Part shown: positions 38,815 through 51,426 of the stretch, piece after piece
Numbering within the stretch: the first letter of the stretch is position 1
Layout of the letters: each line of letters opens with the position of its first letter
NCBI GenBank assembly: GCA_951406725.2
Contig: OX597817.1
Coordinates: forward strand, 161,572,001-161,636,000
Source: Octopus vulgaris
Lineage: Eukaryota
Length of the DNA stretch: 64,000 nt
Reading direction: 5' to 3'
Translations under genes and position numbers: made by a program
Notes under the pieces: generated by a model
The model's input: only the letters and a program-made list of their open reading frames with translations
The model's database searches: none
What the model was told of the DNA's origin: nothing

Positions 38815-39035
38815 AGTCACATCATAAACCACTGATGTCACACAACAAAGCCAGTGATGTCACACTACAAAACCAGTGACGATATGCCATGCACCAATAA
38901 TATCACACCATAAACCAGTGATGTCACATTACAAAACCAGTGATGTTAAATCACACACTGGTGATGTCACACCATAAAACAGTGATGTTATATCACTTAC
39001 TAATAATGTTGTGTCACAAACAAGTGATGTTACTC
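38815..39035. repeat. Degenerate ~21-bp minisatellite (AAACCAGTGATGTCACAC...)
   Basis: About 10 recognisable units. Confidence 0.75.
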
Positions 39036-39144
39036 ACACCACCATTTTGAATATGTGAAAGACACATTAAACTGAAAAGGCATGAGGGTTCTGGCTGGAA
39101 TGACTTTGATCTTAGGTCTTCTCAATCAAAAGTGACCTGAGGCT

Positions 39145-39202
<58 letters not shown>

Positions 39203-39492
39203 GCAACAACCTCGCTAACTATATATAACAACAACAACCTTGCTAACTATATATAACAACAACAACCTTGCCAAATAAAACAACAGCAACAACAACAACA
39301 ACAACAACACCAAGGAAAACAACAGCTGCACCAACAGACAACTCTAGCTTGTCTGTATTTTTTTGTTTTATGTCATAGTAGATTAACTCACTAAGCTGAA
39401 AGCTATCGGAGGATTATCAAGAGATAATATATTTCCACTTAGTGAATTGCAACAGGGGAACAATTAGCTCAGAGGTACCAGAATAAAGGTCA

Positions 39493-39551
<59 letters not shown>

Positions 39552-40900
39552 CATTATTATTATCATTATTATTATTTTGTTTTATTTGGTTTGTTTTCAT
39601 CACAGCAAAGTCTAAAACCTCTCTCTCTCTCTCACACATTCACACAGAGTTTATATATTTTCTTATGTGTATATCTAAAATATATCTGTGATTGTTGGCA
39701 TATATTTATACATGCACACACACACACGCATACACACACACACACGCATACACACACATGCATGTGCAAGCACGCACACATATGGCTGTGTGAGAGGCAT
39801 GCTTCCCAAACATGTAGTTTGGGGTTCAATTCCACAGTGTGGTACCTTAGGCAAGGGTCTGCTACTAGAACTCTGCGCTGACCAAAGCCTTTGTGAGTGG
39901 ATTCAGTACATGGTAACTGAAAGAAGTCTGTTGTGTACAACGATATAGGTGTATGTGGTACATGTATGCATATACGTGCACACACACACACACACACACA
40001 AACACAAATACACATACAGACACAAAACACATATACACACCCATGCACTGACACACACATGCACTAAGTGGAGGCACATGGCCTAGTGGTTAGAGCAGCG
40101 GACTCGCGGTCAAGGGATCGCAGGTTCGAATCTCAGACCAGGCGATGTGTGTGTTTATGAGCGAAACACCTAGGCTCAACGCGGCTCCGGCAGAAGGTAA
40201 CTTCTGCTGACTCTTTCGCCACAACTTTCTCTCACTCTTTCCTCCTGCATCTTGCAGCTACACCTGCGACGGACCGGCGTCCCATCCATTTTTGGATATA
40301 TGGTAAAGGGGTAAAGACCCCCTTCGGTCATGAATGACCATGGGATTGCACCTAGAGAGTTACCCTCTGAGGCACAAGTCCGGGCAAGGTTGTTTATGGA
40401 AGACCAGCAGTCGCCCATGCATACCAGCCTCCCCTCTCCACGCCACCAGTGTTATCCAAGGGAAAGACAAAGGTCGATACAGCTTGGCACCAGTGACGTC
40501 GCAACTCATTTCTACAGCTGAGTGAACTGGAGCAACGTGAAATAAAGTGCCTTGCTCAAGAACACAGCACGCAGCCCGGTCCGGGATTCGAGCTCACAAC
40601 CTCACGATCGTAAGGATATATGGATATATGGTACACTGTATATAATTCCATAAAAAGCAGTGTTGTTGGTGGCACATATAAAGAACTTGCACTGGTGTCA
40701 TGTAAAAAGCACTGCTGATGGTGCCATGCAAGAAGCACCCAGTACACTTTGTAAAGTGGTTGGTGTTAGGACAGGCATCCAACTATAGAAACTAAGCCAA
40801 AACTGACTATGAGACCTGGTGCAGCCTCTGGCTTTGCCAGCTTCTGTAAGACCATCCAACCCATGCCAGCATGAAAAACAGATGTTAAATGATGATAATG

Positions 40901-40945
<45 letters not shown>

Positions 40946-41267
40946 CCATGTGTGTGTGTGTGTGTGTGTGTGCATGTGTGTGTGCGTACACACATATATA
41001 TATGATAACAGAGGCAGCTATATGCAATATAAAACCAAAATTGAAAAATTCAATTGTCACTAATTGTAACTGAGGATGGCCGTGTACCACCTATATTGCT
41101 AAAAGTAAGAGTTGAACTCCCTTAGAGCTGCAAGAAAGCACATTTTTATATATTGACAGGGGAGATAACTGTCCCACAGCGAGCAAGATCACTATACCAA
41201 AAGTGACTACTCCATCGCTGGATGGTTTGGCTAAATCCTAACTGTCAGTATATATATTTACTATATG

Positions 41268-41333
<66 letters not shown>

Positions 41334-41497
41334 TTCAAATGAGTTCAAAATAACTTAAAGAATATTCTTCAGTCATAAGATAAACTCTACTACCTTAATG
41401 TTCTTAAAATTCAAATCGACATCTTTGTCTATATATCTACCTTCTCTATAATGTTATTAATTAGTATGAAAATTATGTATTAATGGAAAACCTCTAT

Positions 41498-41587
41498 AAA
41501 TGGCTGATGATTGCTCAACATTTTAAAACTGTTGTAATATTGACAATACTTAATAAAATTATGTAGCGTGAAACGATCGTACCAAAT
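41498..41587 (+). ncRNA. Type I hammerhead ribozyme motif
   Basis: TGG CTGATGA (41504-10), stem II TGCT..ACAT/ATGT AGCG, then GAAAC GATC GTA CCA; palindromic stem III ACGATCGT. Confidence 0.7.
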
Positions 41588-41984
41588 TACCACAGATATT
41601 CTTGTTGCTTATTTTAAGTATATATATATACTCACACATATAAACATACAGACATAAATATACATGTCACCAGTCATTATCATTATCTTCATTGTTTTAA
41701 TATCTGCTTTTGCTTTGTCCATGCTTAAGTCAGATAATACTACGTTGTATTACTATTTGTCCTACAGCTGGATGCTCTTCACGTCACCAACCCCCATCTT
41801 TGTTTCAAAGTAAGATACTTATTCTGTTGGCCTTTTGCATGACGAGCACCACAACAACAGACATGTTTTTTCACAGCTGGCTTAAACAACGACATCACTG
41901 AAATAGTAGTAATATTATTTTACGCTTCAAGCTCACAAACAATAGGAAGACACAAATATATAGAGACACACATTCATGCATACA

Positions 41985-42029
<45 letters not shown>

Positions 42030-42240
42030 TTTATGTCCTCGCCCTCCGCTCACACACACATGAAAGTTTCTGTCTGGCAATTTCATTGACAATGGAGGGA
42101 GGAATGTATTATCACAATGAAAACTTGGTCTAAATGCAACTAGAGGCTTCAAATAACCAGGTGGTGGTGGTGGTGTTAAGCTGGTGGGGGGAGAAAGATT
42201 AAGTCTGCCACCCATATATATGTGTGTGCATATGTGTGTG

Positions 42241-42283
<43 letters not shown>

Positions 42284-42585
42284 ATATATATATAATCTTT
42301 TATTCTTTCCTTTGTTTTAGTCATTTGACTGTGGCTATGCTGGAGCACCACCATAAAGGGATTTTCGAAGAATTCAACCCCAGGGCTTATTCATTGTAAG
42401 CCTAGTACTTATTTTATTGCTTTCTTTTGGTAAACCACTAACAAACACAGACACATATACATAAATACATACATACATACATACATACATACATACATAC
42501 ATACATACATACATACATACATACATACATACATACATACATACATACATACATACATACATACATACATACATACATACATACA

Positions 42586-42621
<36 letters not shown>

Positions 42622-42886
42622 TATATATCACTGAGATCACCGTGACCGATCAGGTTATCAGATCTTGCTACAAATCGCTGGTCACAATGTGCTTCACATT
42701 GTTTTAGCCTTCAAATGACGCCACCCTGCTGGCTAAGCGAGCAGGCCAACAGAAGAAAGAAGGAGCCTCATGGAGCTTTAGGTGTTTTCACTCAATAAAC
42801 ACTCACAACGCCCAGTCTGGGAATCAAAACCGCGATCCTACGACCGCGAGTCCGCCGCCCTAACCACTGGGCCATTGCACCTCTAC

Positions 42887-42960
<74 letters not shown>

Positions 42961-43129
42961 AATATTAGGGAATGAATCCAAAATTACAGGGAAAAATCAA
43001 ATTTAGGGTTAAATCCAATTTTATAGTAAAATATTATATAATATAATTCGAGACAAAACCACTATTTTAAAACCAAACAAGGAAAGACTTAATCAATACA
43101 TAAAATTTTAATATAAATTAAATAAACCG

Positions 43130-43172
43130 CCACTACAAATGTTTCATGTCAGCTCCGACAATCTTCAGGTGG
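43130..43172 (-). ncRNA. Minimal type I hammerhead ribozyme (mirror copy)
   Basis: Reverse complement of 43239-43281. Confidence 0.85.
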
Positions 43173-43238
43173 ATTTTCGATCTTCTAATCAGTATCAAAT
43201 TTTGAAGTGAATTTGATACTGATTAGAAGATCGAAAAT

Positions 43239-43281
43239 CCACCTGAAGATTGTCGGAGCTGACATGAAACATTTGTAGTGG
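43239..43281 (+). ncRNA. Minimal type I hammerhead ribozyme
   Basis: CCAC CTGAAGA T TGTC GGAGCT GACA T GAAAC ATTT GTA GTGG; stem I CCAC/GTGG; predicted cleavage after 43277. Confidence 0.85.
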
Positions 43282-43365
43282 CGGTTTATTTAATTTATAT
43301 TAAAATTTTATGTATTGATTAAGTCTTTCCTTGTTTGGTTTTAAAATAGTGGTTTTGTCTCGAAT

Positions 43366-43403
<38 letters not shown>

Positions 43404-43798
43404 CAGGTTTCATACAGTTTCCATCTACCAAATCTGCTCACAAAGCTTTGGCCAGCCCATGGCTATGGTAGAAGACATGTCCAAGGTGCCACATAGTGCG
43501 ACTGAACCCAGAACCATGAGGTTGGGCAGCAAGCTTTTTACCACACAGCCATATACACACACATTCATGTGTACATATACTCTTTACTCTTTTATACTCT
43601 TTTACTTGTTTCAGTCATTTGACTGCAGCCATGCTGGAGCACCGCCTTTAGTCGAGCAAATCGACCCCCGCAGGACTTATTCTTTGTAAGTCTAGTACTT
43701 ATTCTATCAGTCTCTTTTGCCGAACCACAAAGTTACGGGGACGTAAACACACCACCATCAGTTGTCAAGCGATGTTGGCAAGGACAATCACAGATACA

Positions 43799-43841
<43 letters not shown>

Positions 43842-44144
43842 ACATACATACACACATGCACACACACACACACATATATATATATACGACAGGCTTCTTT
43901 CAGTTTCCGTCTACAAAATCCACTCACAAGGCTTCAGCTGTAAAATACCATGCTAAAACTGACCTTGCCTATGCTCATGCTACGTAAAAAACACTCAATC
44001 CACTCTGTTGGGTGGCTGGTGTTAGGAAGGGCATCCAGCCATAAATCCCATGCCAAAACAGACACAGAATCATGGTGCATTCGTTTGTCTAGCCAGCTCC
44101 TGTCAAACCTTGTAATTCATACCAGCATGAAAGGCAGACCTTAA

Positions 44145-44180
<36 letters not shown>

Positions 44181-44186
44181 TATGTA

Positions 44187-44219
<33 letters not shown>

Positions 44220-44248
44220 GCATACACACATATGTGTATTTATATATA

Positions 44249-44280
<32 letters not shown>

Positions 44281-44381
44281 GTTAATCCAGACATGAAAAC
44301 ACAAAGAGAAAACACAACAACGCAAGGACGTGGAACAAATATAGTATTATTGGACGCTCAGGAAGGAAGGGAAGAAGGAGG

Positions 44382-44416
44382 GTTTAATGTTTCGAGCGGA
44401 GCTCTTCATCAGAAAC
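44382..44416 (-). ncRNA. Minimal hammerhead ribozyme motif
   Basis: GTTT CTGATGA AGAGC TCC GCTC GAAAC ATT AAAC; stem I GTTT/AAAC; stem III damaged (ACAT instead of ACGT). Confidence 0.7.
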
Positions 44417-45243
44417 ATAGGAAAAGGGAAGATCCAGAGAAGGGAAGACGGAGGAAAAAAAATTGCCAACGGTACACATGCGGTCGGGTATTACTATTCA
44501 TAAATGCCTCATACTAGGAGGGACTCTTAATGTCAAAACTACCATAATAAACCTTAATATAAGTAAATATATTTAAAGGGAATAATTTATAAATTTTTCC
44601 CTTATGAGGCTTTTCACACTAACTACTTGATAAATTCTTATAAAGATTTTATTCTATTTTAAAATTGTATATATATATATATTAGAAGGTTTGGAGATGA
44701 TGTACAGGTATTATATATTAGAAGAAATGAGGTACTCAGAAATCTAGATGGTTCTATATTTACAGATATTTATTAGTATGTTACATGTTTTTATAAATCA
44801 TATATCATATATTAGCGCTTTCATCCACTTTAGTGGAGTTTTCAAATTGAACTAATTTTTGCAGGAATTTTGACTCATTTATAGTATTATTGAGTGTGTA
44901 GGGGTGGGGAGAGATATAAGATAGTACAAGAGGGTGAGGAATGGGGAGAAAGTGAGATAGAGCATGTGTGTGTGTGTGCGTTCGTGTTTTTGTCTCTGAA
45001 AGGGTGTTAAAGAAAAAGAAGGAAAGGAAGGAGAGAAAGAAGAAAAAAATTGTTGCTATCTTTGCAGCTGGTCAGTCTGTCAACAATAAGTGATTCTTGG
45101 TTTTTAGCAATGGCAAATCCAGCTTGTCACTCCAAGGGGGGCAAAATGTCACTTTTCAAAAAATTGTCTGGATTTCCCTTTTATCATTGTCTTGTGAGAC
45201 AATTTTTTGAAAATTGATTTATGATTTGTTGGATACCCTAGAG

Positions 45244-45543
45244 CGGTGCTTCTCAAACTATCTGATGTGGCATACCGGCAGTTTTTTTTTCCAGTGTGCC
45301 TGGGACCTGTAATATTTCTTCATAATATTAATTTATACCGGAATCAATATATATAATGAATATAATAAAAGTTGACAATTTTTAAAATCTTATATTTATT
45401 TTGTAAACAAATAATACAATATTACATGAGCATTTTATAAGCAATTTATGATGTTTCTTTCTTTTCTGGAATCTCGTCGCATACCGGCAGCTGATGGCTT
45501 GCAGACCAGCACCGGTCTGCAGACCACCATTTTAGCAGCACTG
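45244..45543. mobile_element. hAT (Charlie-like) MITE
   Basis: Perfect 8-bp TSD CCCTAGAG; termini CGGTGCTTCTCAAA / TTTAGCAGCACTG. Confidence 0.85.
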
Positions 45544-45754
45544 CCCTAGAGAATACCAACACCGTATAATTCAACATGACGCATGCTTTGGCCCAGCTTT
45601 TAGGCACTGAATACTCATAAGGCTGGTTTTCTCTGTGTACACACTGGAATATCCTATTTGATACTTATCAACCACAGATTTATCCAACCCTACCTGGTGC
45701 ATATCTTTTCAAGTACCTGATTCTATTGGGATCCTTATTTTACTATATATATAT

Positions 45755-47362
45755 ATAACGGAGGAATTCAAGACAGGATGCCCTTGGGAGCTCCTCTATG
45801 CTGATGACCTTGCTCTAATTGCTGAGTCGCTATCAGAACTGGAGGAGAAGTTTCAGGTGTGGAAACAAGGATTAGAATCGAAGGGCCTTAGAGTCAATCT
45901 AGCTAAAACCAAAGTCGTAATCAGTAGGAAGGTTGACAAATCACAAACACCTTCAGGTAGATGGCCCTGCTCGATCTGTAGAAAAGGTGTAGGTAGAAAC
46001 TCTATAAGATGCACCAAGTGTAAGCTATGGACACATAAGAGATGCAGCAATGTCAAAGGAAGGCTAACTAGGAAGATGGTTTTTGTATGTGGCAGATGCT
46101 CAGGAACAATAAACACTGAAAATGCTCTGAGACCAACTTCTGTCACTTTCCAGGGAGAAAAACTAGAAATAGTTGATAGTTTCCGTTACCTAGGTGACCA
46201 AGTCAGCAGCGGGGGCGGGTGTGCTGAAAGTGTAACTGCTAGAGTAAGAATAGCTTGGGCAAAGTTCAGAGAGCTCTTACCTCTGCTGGTGACAAAAGGC
46301 CTCTCGCACAGAGTGAAAGGCAGACTGTATGATGCGTGTGTATGAACAGCCATGCTACATGGCAGTGAAACATGGGCCATGACTGCTGAGGATATGCGTA
46401 AGCTCGCTAGAAATGAAGCCAGTATGCTCCGATGGATGTGTAATGCCAGTACTCACACTCGGCAGAGTGTAAGTACCTTGAGAGAAAAGCTGGACCTAAG
46501 AAGCATCAGTTGTGGTGTGCAAGAGAGACGTTTGCGCTGGTATGGTCATGTGGCGAGAATGGATGAAGATAGTTGTGTGAAAAAGTGCCACGCCCTAGCG
46601 GTTGAGGGAACCTGTGGAAGAGGCAGACCCAGGAAAACCTGGGACGAGGTGGTGAAGCACGACCTTCGAACTTTAGGTCTCACTGAGGAAATGACTAGAG
46701 ACCGAGACCTCTGGAAGTGTGCTGTGCGCGAGAAGACCCGGCAGGACAAGTGAGTCCACAACCCGTGGCCTTCTACATGGGATGGAGCCAGCCTACGTAT
46801 GCATACCTTCCCTTCTTGGGACACAAAACTCTACTTGTGAAGACGTGTTGAGGCAAGTGAGGATCAGAATCGAAATCGATCAATGGAAATTGCGGATGTG
46901 CTACCAGTGCCGGTGGCATGTCGAAACTCTGCTTGTGAAGACCCATTGAGGCAAGTGAGGATCAGAATCGAAATCGATCAATGGAAATCGATCAATGGAA
47001 ATTGCAGATGTGTTACCAGTGCCGGTGGCATGTAAGAGAACTTTCCGTTTCGCGACCGTTGCCAGCACCGCCCCGTTTCGTGTCCGTTGCCAGCCTCGCC
47101 TGGCCCTCGTGCCGGTGGCACATAAAAAGCACCATCCGTTCGTGGCCGTTTGCCAGCTCTGTCTGGCACCAGTGCGGGTGGCACGTAAAAAGCACCCACT
47201 ACACTCACGGAGTGGTTGGCGTTAGGAAGGGCATCCAGCCGTAGAAACACTGCCAGATTTGACTGGGCCTGATGAAGCCTTCTGGCTTCACAGACCCCAG
47301 CAGAACCGTCCAACCCATGCTAGCATGGAAAACGGACGCTAAATGATGATGATGATGATGAT
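45755..47362 (+). mobile_element. 5'-truncated RTE LINE: RT from the YADD motif to stop at 46753 (one internal TGA at 46343), then composite 3' UTR and (GAT)n tail
   Basis: PWELLYADDLAL...GLRVNLAKTK...FRYLG...RGRPRKTW; the premature stop is CGA>TGA relative to the Arg in the 20745 copy. Confidence 0.92.
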
Positions 47363-47522
47363 AATTAATTATATCAGGGTAAGAAAAATTTTAGAAATTT
47401 TTACTACTAGTGGCCTAACGTGTAGAAAAATTAGTCAATAGACTATATATTATTCATATAAATACAGTGTACAGTTAAAAACATAAGAGGTATCCTATGA
47501 TTGCTACCTCTTATGTGTTTAA

Positions 47523-47742
47523 CCCTTTTGTTACTAACCCGGCCAAAACCGGCTCTGGTTCTGTGGTGCAATGTCCTGCTTTCATAAGTTTTGAATTAAA
47601 ATCTTCCACCAAGCCTTAGTCACAATTTACGTTCCTAACACTAGCTGAATGATAACTAAGTTATTTTACTAAATTCTTTGTTATATTTAAAATAATTGAA
47701 AGAAACACAGAGCATCTCAAAATAAATACAGTAACAAAAGGG
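47523..47742. mobile_element. piggyBac-type MITE
   Basis: TTAA TSDs; perfect 13-bp TIRs CCCTTTTGTTACT / AGTAACAAAAGGG. Confidence 0.9.
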
Positions 47743-47756
47743 TTAAATGTACACTG

Positions 47757-47805
<49 letters not shown>

Positions 47806-48035
47806 ACATATGTGTGTGTGGGGGTGTTTACCCCCACCATTGCTTGACAACCGATGCTGGTATGTTTATCTCCCTGTAACTTAGTGGTTCAGCAAAAGAC
47901 AGAATGATAGAATAAGTACTAGGTTTACGAAGAATAAGTTTTGGGGTTGATTTCTTTGATTTGGAGGTTAATTTCTTTAAGGTGGTGTTCCAGTGTGGTT
48001 GTAGTCAAATGACTGAAACAAGTAAAAGAATAGAA

Positions 48036-48073
<38 letters not shown>

Positions 48074-48767
48074 CACTGTGATCACCGTGACCAACCAGGG
48101 TATCAGAAGTTGCTACACATCTCTGTTCACAATGTGCTTCGCATGGTTTCAGCCATCAAATGATGCCACCCCACGGGCTAAGCGAGCAGGCCAACAGAAG
48201 AAAAAGTGAGAGAAAGTTGTGGTGAAAGAGTACAGCAGGGATCACCACCACCCCCTGCTGGAACCTCGTAGAGCTTTAGGTGTTTTCGCTCAATAAACAC
48301 TTATAGTGCCTCGTCTAGGAATTGAAACCGCAATCCTATGACCACGAGTCCGCTGCCCTAACCACTGGGCCATTGTGCCTCCACATATATATATATACAT
48401 ATGTGTGTGTGTGTGTGTGTGTGTATCAACATGATGATCATCATCAATAGCAGCATCGTTTAACATCCACTCTTCCCTGCTTGTATGGGTCAGACAGAAA
48501 TTCAAAGGTGGAATTTTCTATGGGCTGATGCCCTTCCTGTTGTCACCCCTATCACCTGTTCCTGAATAAGTTAATATCTCCCCATGACAGAAATGTCTTA
48601 GAAGGTTAGAGACAAAGAACAATGCTTGCATGACAGTGATACTTGCTTTACAATGATCAGACAATGTCAACGTAAGGAGAAAGTAACACATACACATATA
48701 TAAACTTGCACACATATGTATATATATATATAGGCGCAGGAGTGGCAGTGTGGTTAGTCGCTTGCTT

Positions 48768-49159
48768 CTTCTGTGGAAGCACTCCGTCGGTTACGACGAC
48801 GAGGGTTCCGGTTGATCCGAATCAACGGAACAGCCTGCTCGTGAAATTAACGTGTAAGTGGCTGAGCACTCCACAGACACGTGTACCCTTAACGCAGTTC
48901 TCGGGGATATTCAGCATGACACAGAGAGTGACAAGACCGGCCCTTTGAAATACAGGTACAACAGAAACAGGAAGTAAGAGTGAGAGAAAGTTGTGGTGAA
49001 AGAGAACAGCAGGGATCACCACCATCCCCTGCCGGAGCCTCGTGGAGCTTTTAGGTGTTTTCGCTCAATAAACACTCACAACGCCCGGTCTGGGAATCGA
49101 AACTGCGATCCTATGACCGCGAGTCCGCTGCCCTAACCACTGGGCCATTGCGCCTCCAC
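48768..49159 (-). mobile_element. Full-length tRNA-SINE nested in the head of a family A SINE
   Basis: 12-bp TSD AGTCGCTTGCTT at 48756-67 and 49160-71. Confidence 0.9.
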
Positions 49160-49591
49160 AGTCGCTTGCTTACCAACTACATGGTTCCAGGTTCAGTCCC
49201 ACTGTGTGGAACCTTGGGCAAGTGTCTTCTACTATAGCCTCAGGCCGACCAAATCGTCGTGAATGGATTTGATAGACAGAAACTGAAAAAAGCCCATCGT
49301 ATAAATATATATATGTATGTATGTATGTATATGTATGTATTTATGTGTATATTCCCCCCCCCCCCCCAACATCACTTGACAACCGATACTGGTGTATTTA
49401 CATCCCCATAAGTTAGCAGTTCGGTAACAGAGACTGATATAATAAGTGCTAGGCTTACAAAGAATAAGTCCTGCGGGGGTCGATTTGCTCGATTAAAGGC
49501 AGTGCTCCAGCATGGCTGCTGTCAAATGACTGAAACAAATAAAAGAATAAAAGAATGCACCCTCACACGTGTGAGGGTGTATGGTCTAGTG

Positions 49592-50659
49592 CAGTGATTC
49601 CCAATGTGGGGCATATGCCCAATAGTGGGGCTTGGAAAATTTGTAGTGGGGCATGGTATCCAAAATTTCTTTTTCTTCTTAAGTGGGACATGAAATTGTG
49701 AAAAGCATTTTTTTTCACAGCAAACATACTACACCTATACTCAACCTAGCCAAACCAATTCCTCCAGCCAAGCAAACCGTCTGAAGACAGTTTGCTACAG
49801 TATAGCACTGTTCTAATACTACAGCTGAAGCTAATGAAATTGTCTCCTCAAATCAAGGAAATCTGCCACAGTCGCCAGGCATAAAGTCCTCATTAAAGAG
49901 ATTCACTTTTTTATCTTAGTCAATAATGTACTTTCTTTTGGTACTCAGAGTCACTGGTAGATTCTTTTGTATCAAATAACTATGATAGAATATTCTTTTC
50001 CACTCTAGGCACAAGGCCTGAAATTTTTGGGGAGAGGTCCAGTCAATTAGATCGACCCCGGAATTTGAACTCAGAACATAAAAACAGATGAAATACCGCT
50101 AAGCATTTCGCCTGGCATGCAAACATTTCTTATTTCTTTATTACCCACAAAAGGCTAAACATAGAGGGGACAAACAAGGACAGACAAAGGGAGTAAGTCG
50201 ATTACATCAACCCCAGTTCGAAACTGGTACTTAATTTATCGAACCCGAAAGGATGAAAGGCAAAGTCGACCTCGGCAGAATTTGAAATCAGAATGTAAAG
50301 ACAGACGAAATACCTATTTCTTTACTGCCCACAAGGGGCTAAACACAGAGGGGACAAACAAGGACAGACAAACGGATTAAGTCGATTACATCAACCCCAG
50401 TGCATAACTGGTACTTAATTTATCGACCCCGGAAGGATGAAAGGCAAAGTCGACCTCAGCGGAATTTGAACTCGGAACGTAACGGCAGACGAAATACGGC
50501 TACGCATTTCGCCCAGCGTGCTAACGTTTCTGCCAGCTCACCACCTAACTGTAATAGAATATTAAAAATAAAATCTGTTTTTCAAACCACCAGTGGGGCA
50601 TGAATTTTTCTGGAAAGCAATTGTAGGGGCCTTGGGGAGAAAAAGGTTGGGAAACACTG
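49592..50659 (+). mobile_element. hAT (Charlie-like) deletion derivative containing nested family C SINEs
   Basis: TSD GTCTAGTG; TIRs CAGTGATTCCCAA / TTGGGAAACACTG; transposase C-terminal remnant LKLMKLSPQIKEICHSRQA at ~49825-49895. Confidence 0.85.
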
Positions 50660-51344
50660 GTCTAGTGGTTGGGGTGTTGCACTCACGATTGTAACATCAT
50701 GGGTTTGATTCCTAGATCAGGAAGTGTATTGTGTTCTTGAGCCAAACACTTCATTTCACATTATTCTGTGATCATTTTGACACCTGAAATGTTGGACACT
50801 GTGTACCTGTACAAGCTATGTTGATTTCACGGAGGGAGTGAGCTGATTGATGGACAACACAAAAATCAGATAACTATAAACAACTCATCTGTGCAGGTCG
50901 TTCAGCCAGAAATTGCAGAACTGTCTTTCTCGGACTCATGAGACTAGCATTAAATTAAATTACTCCCCCCCCATAAATACACGCACATATGCGTGTGCAC
51001 ACACACACACACACACTCACGCACACACATATACCCCCTCACATACATCTGTGTGTGTGTGCATAAGTGTGTGTGTGTGCATGTGCATGCGAGTGAGTGT
51101 GTTTGTGCGTGTGTGTATTTACATATATGATCACACACACACGCACTCGTGCACACACACACACACACACGCACACACTTATACACACACATATCTGTGT
51201 GTGTGTGTGTGTGAATGAGTGTGTGCGTGAATGAATGTGTGTATGTGTGTGTCTGTGAGTGTGTGCATGTGCATGCAAGTGAATGTGTTTGTGTGTGTGT
51301 ATATTTACATATATGATCACACACACACACAAGCACACACACAC

Positions 51345-51426
<82 letters not shown>

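Larger units (their letters stand above)
43035..43376. repeat. Apparently perfect inverted repeat, 167-bp arms, 8-nt spacer (Penelope-like inverted pLTR relic)
   Basis: 43035-43201 is the reverse complement of 43210-43376; flanked by (TA)n. Confidence 0.93.

Noticed and set aside
41068-41150. Possible extra hammerhead CTGAGGA...GAAA
   Set aside because: Could not form convincing stems I-III
45550-45720. Minus-strand open frame RIFQCVHRENQPYEYSVPKSWAKACVML
   Set aside because: Poor splice sites, and the frame closes soon after removing the adjacent MITE; more likely old TE debris
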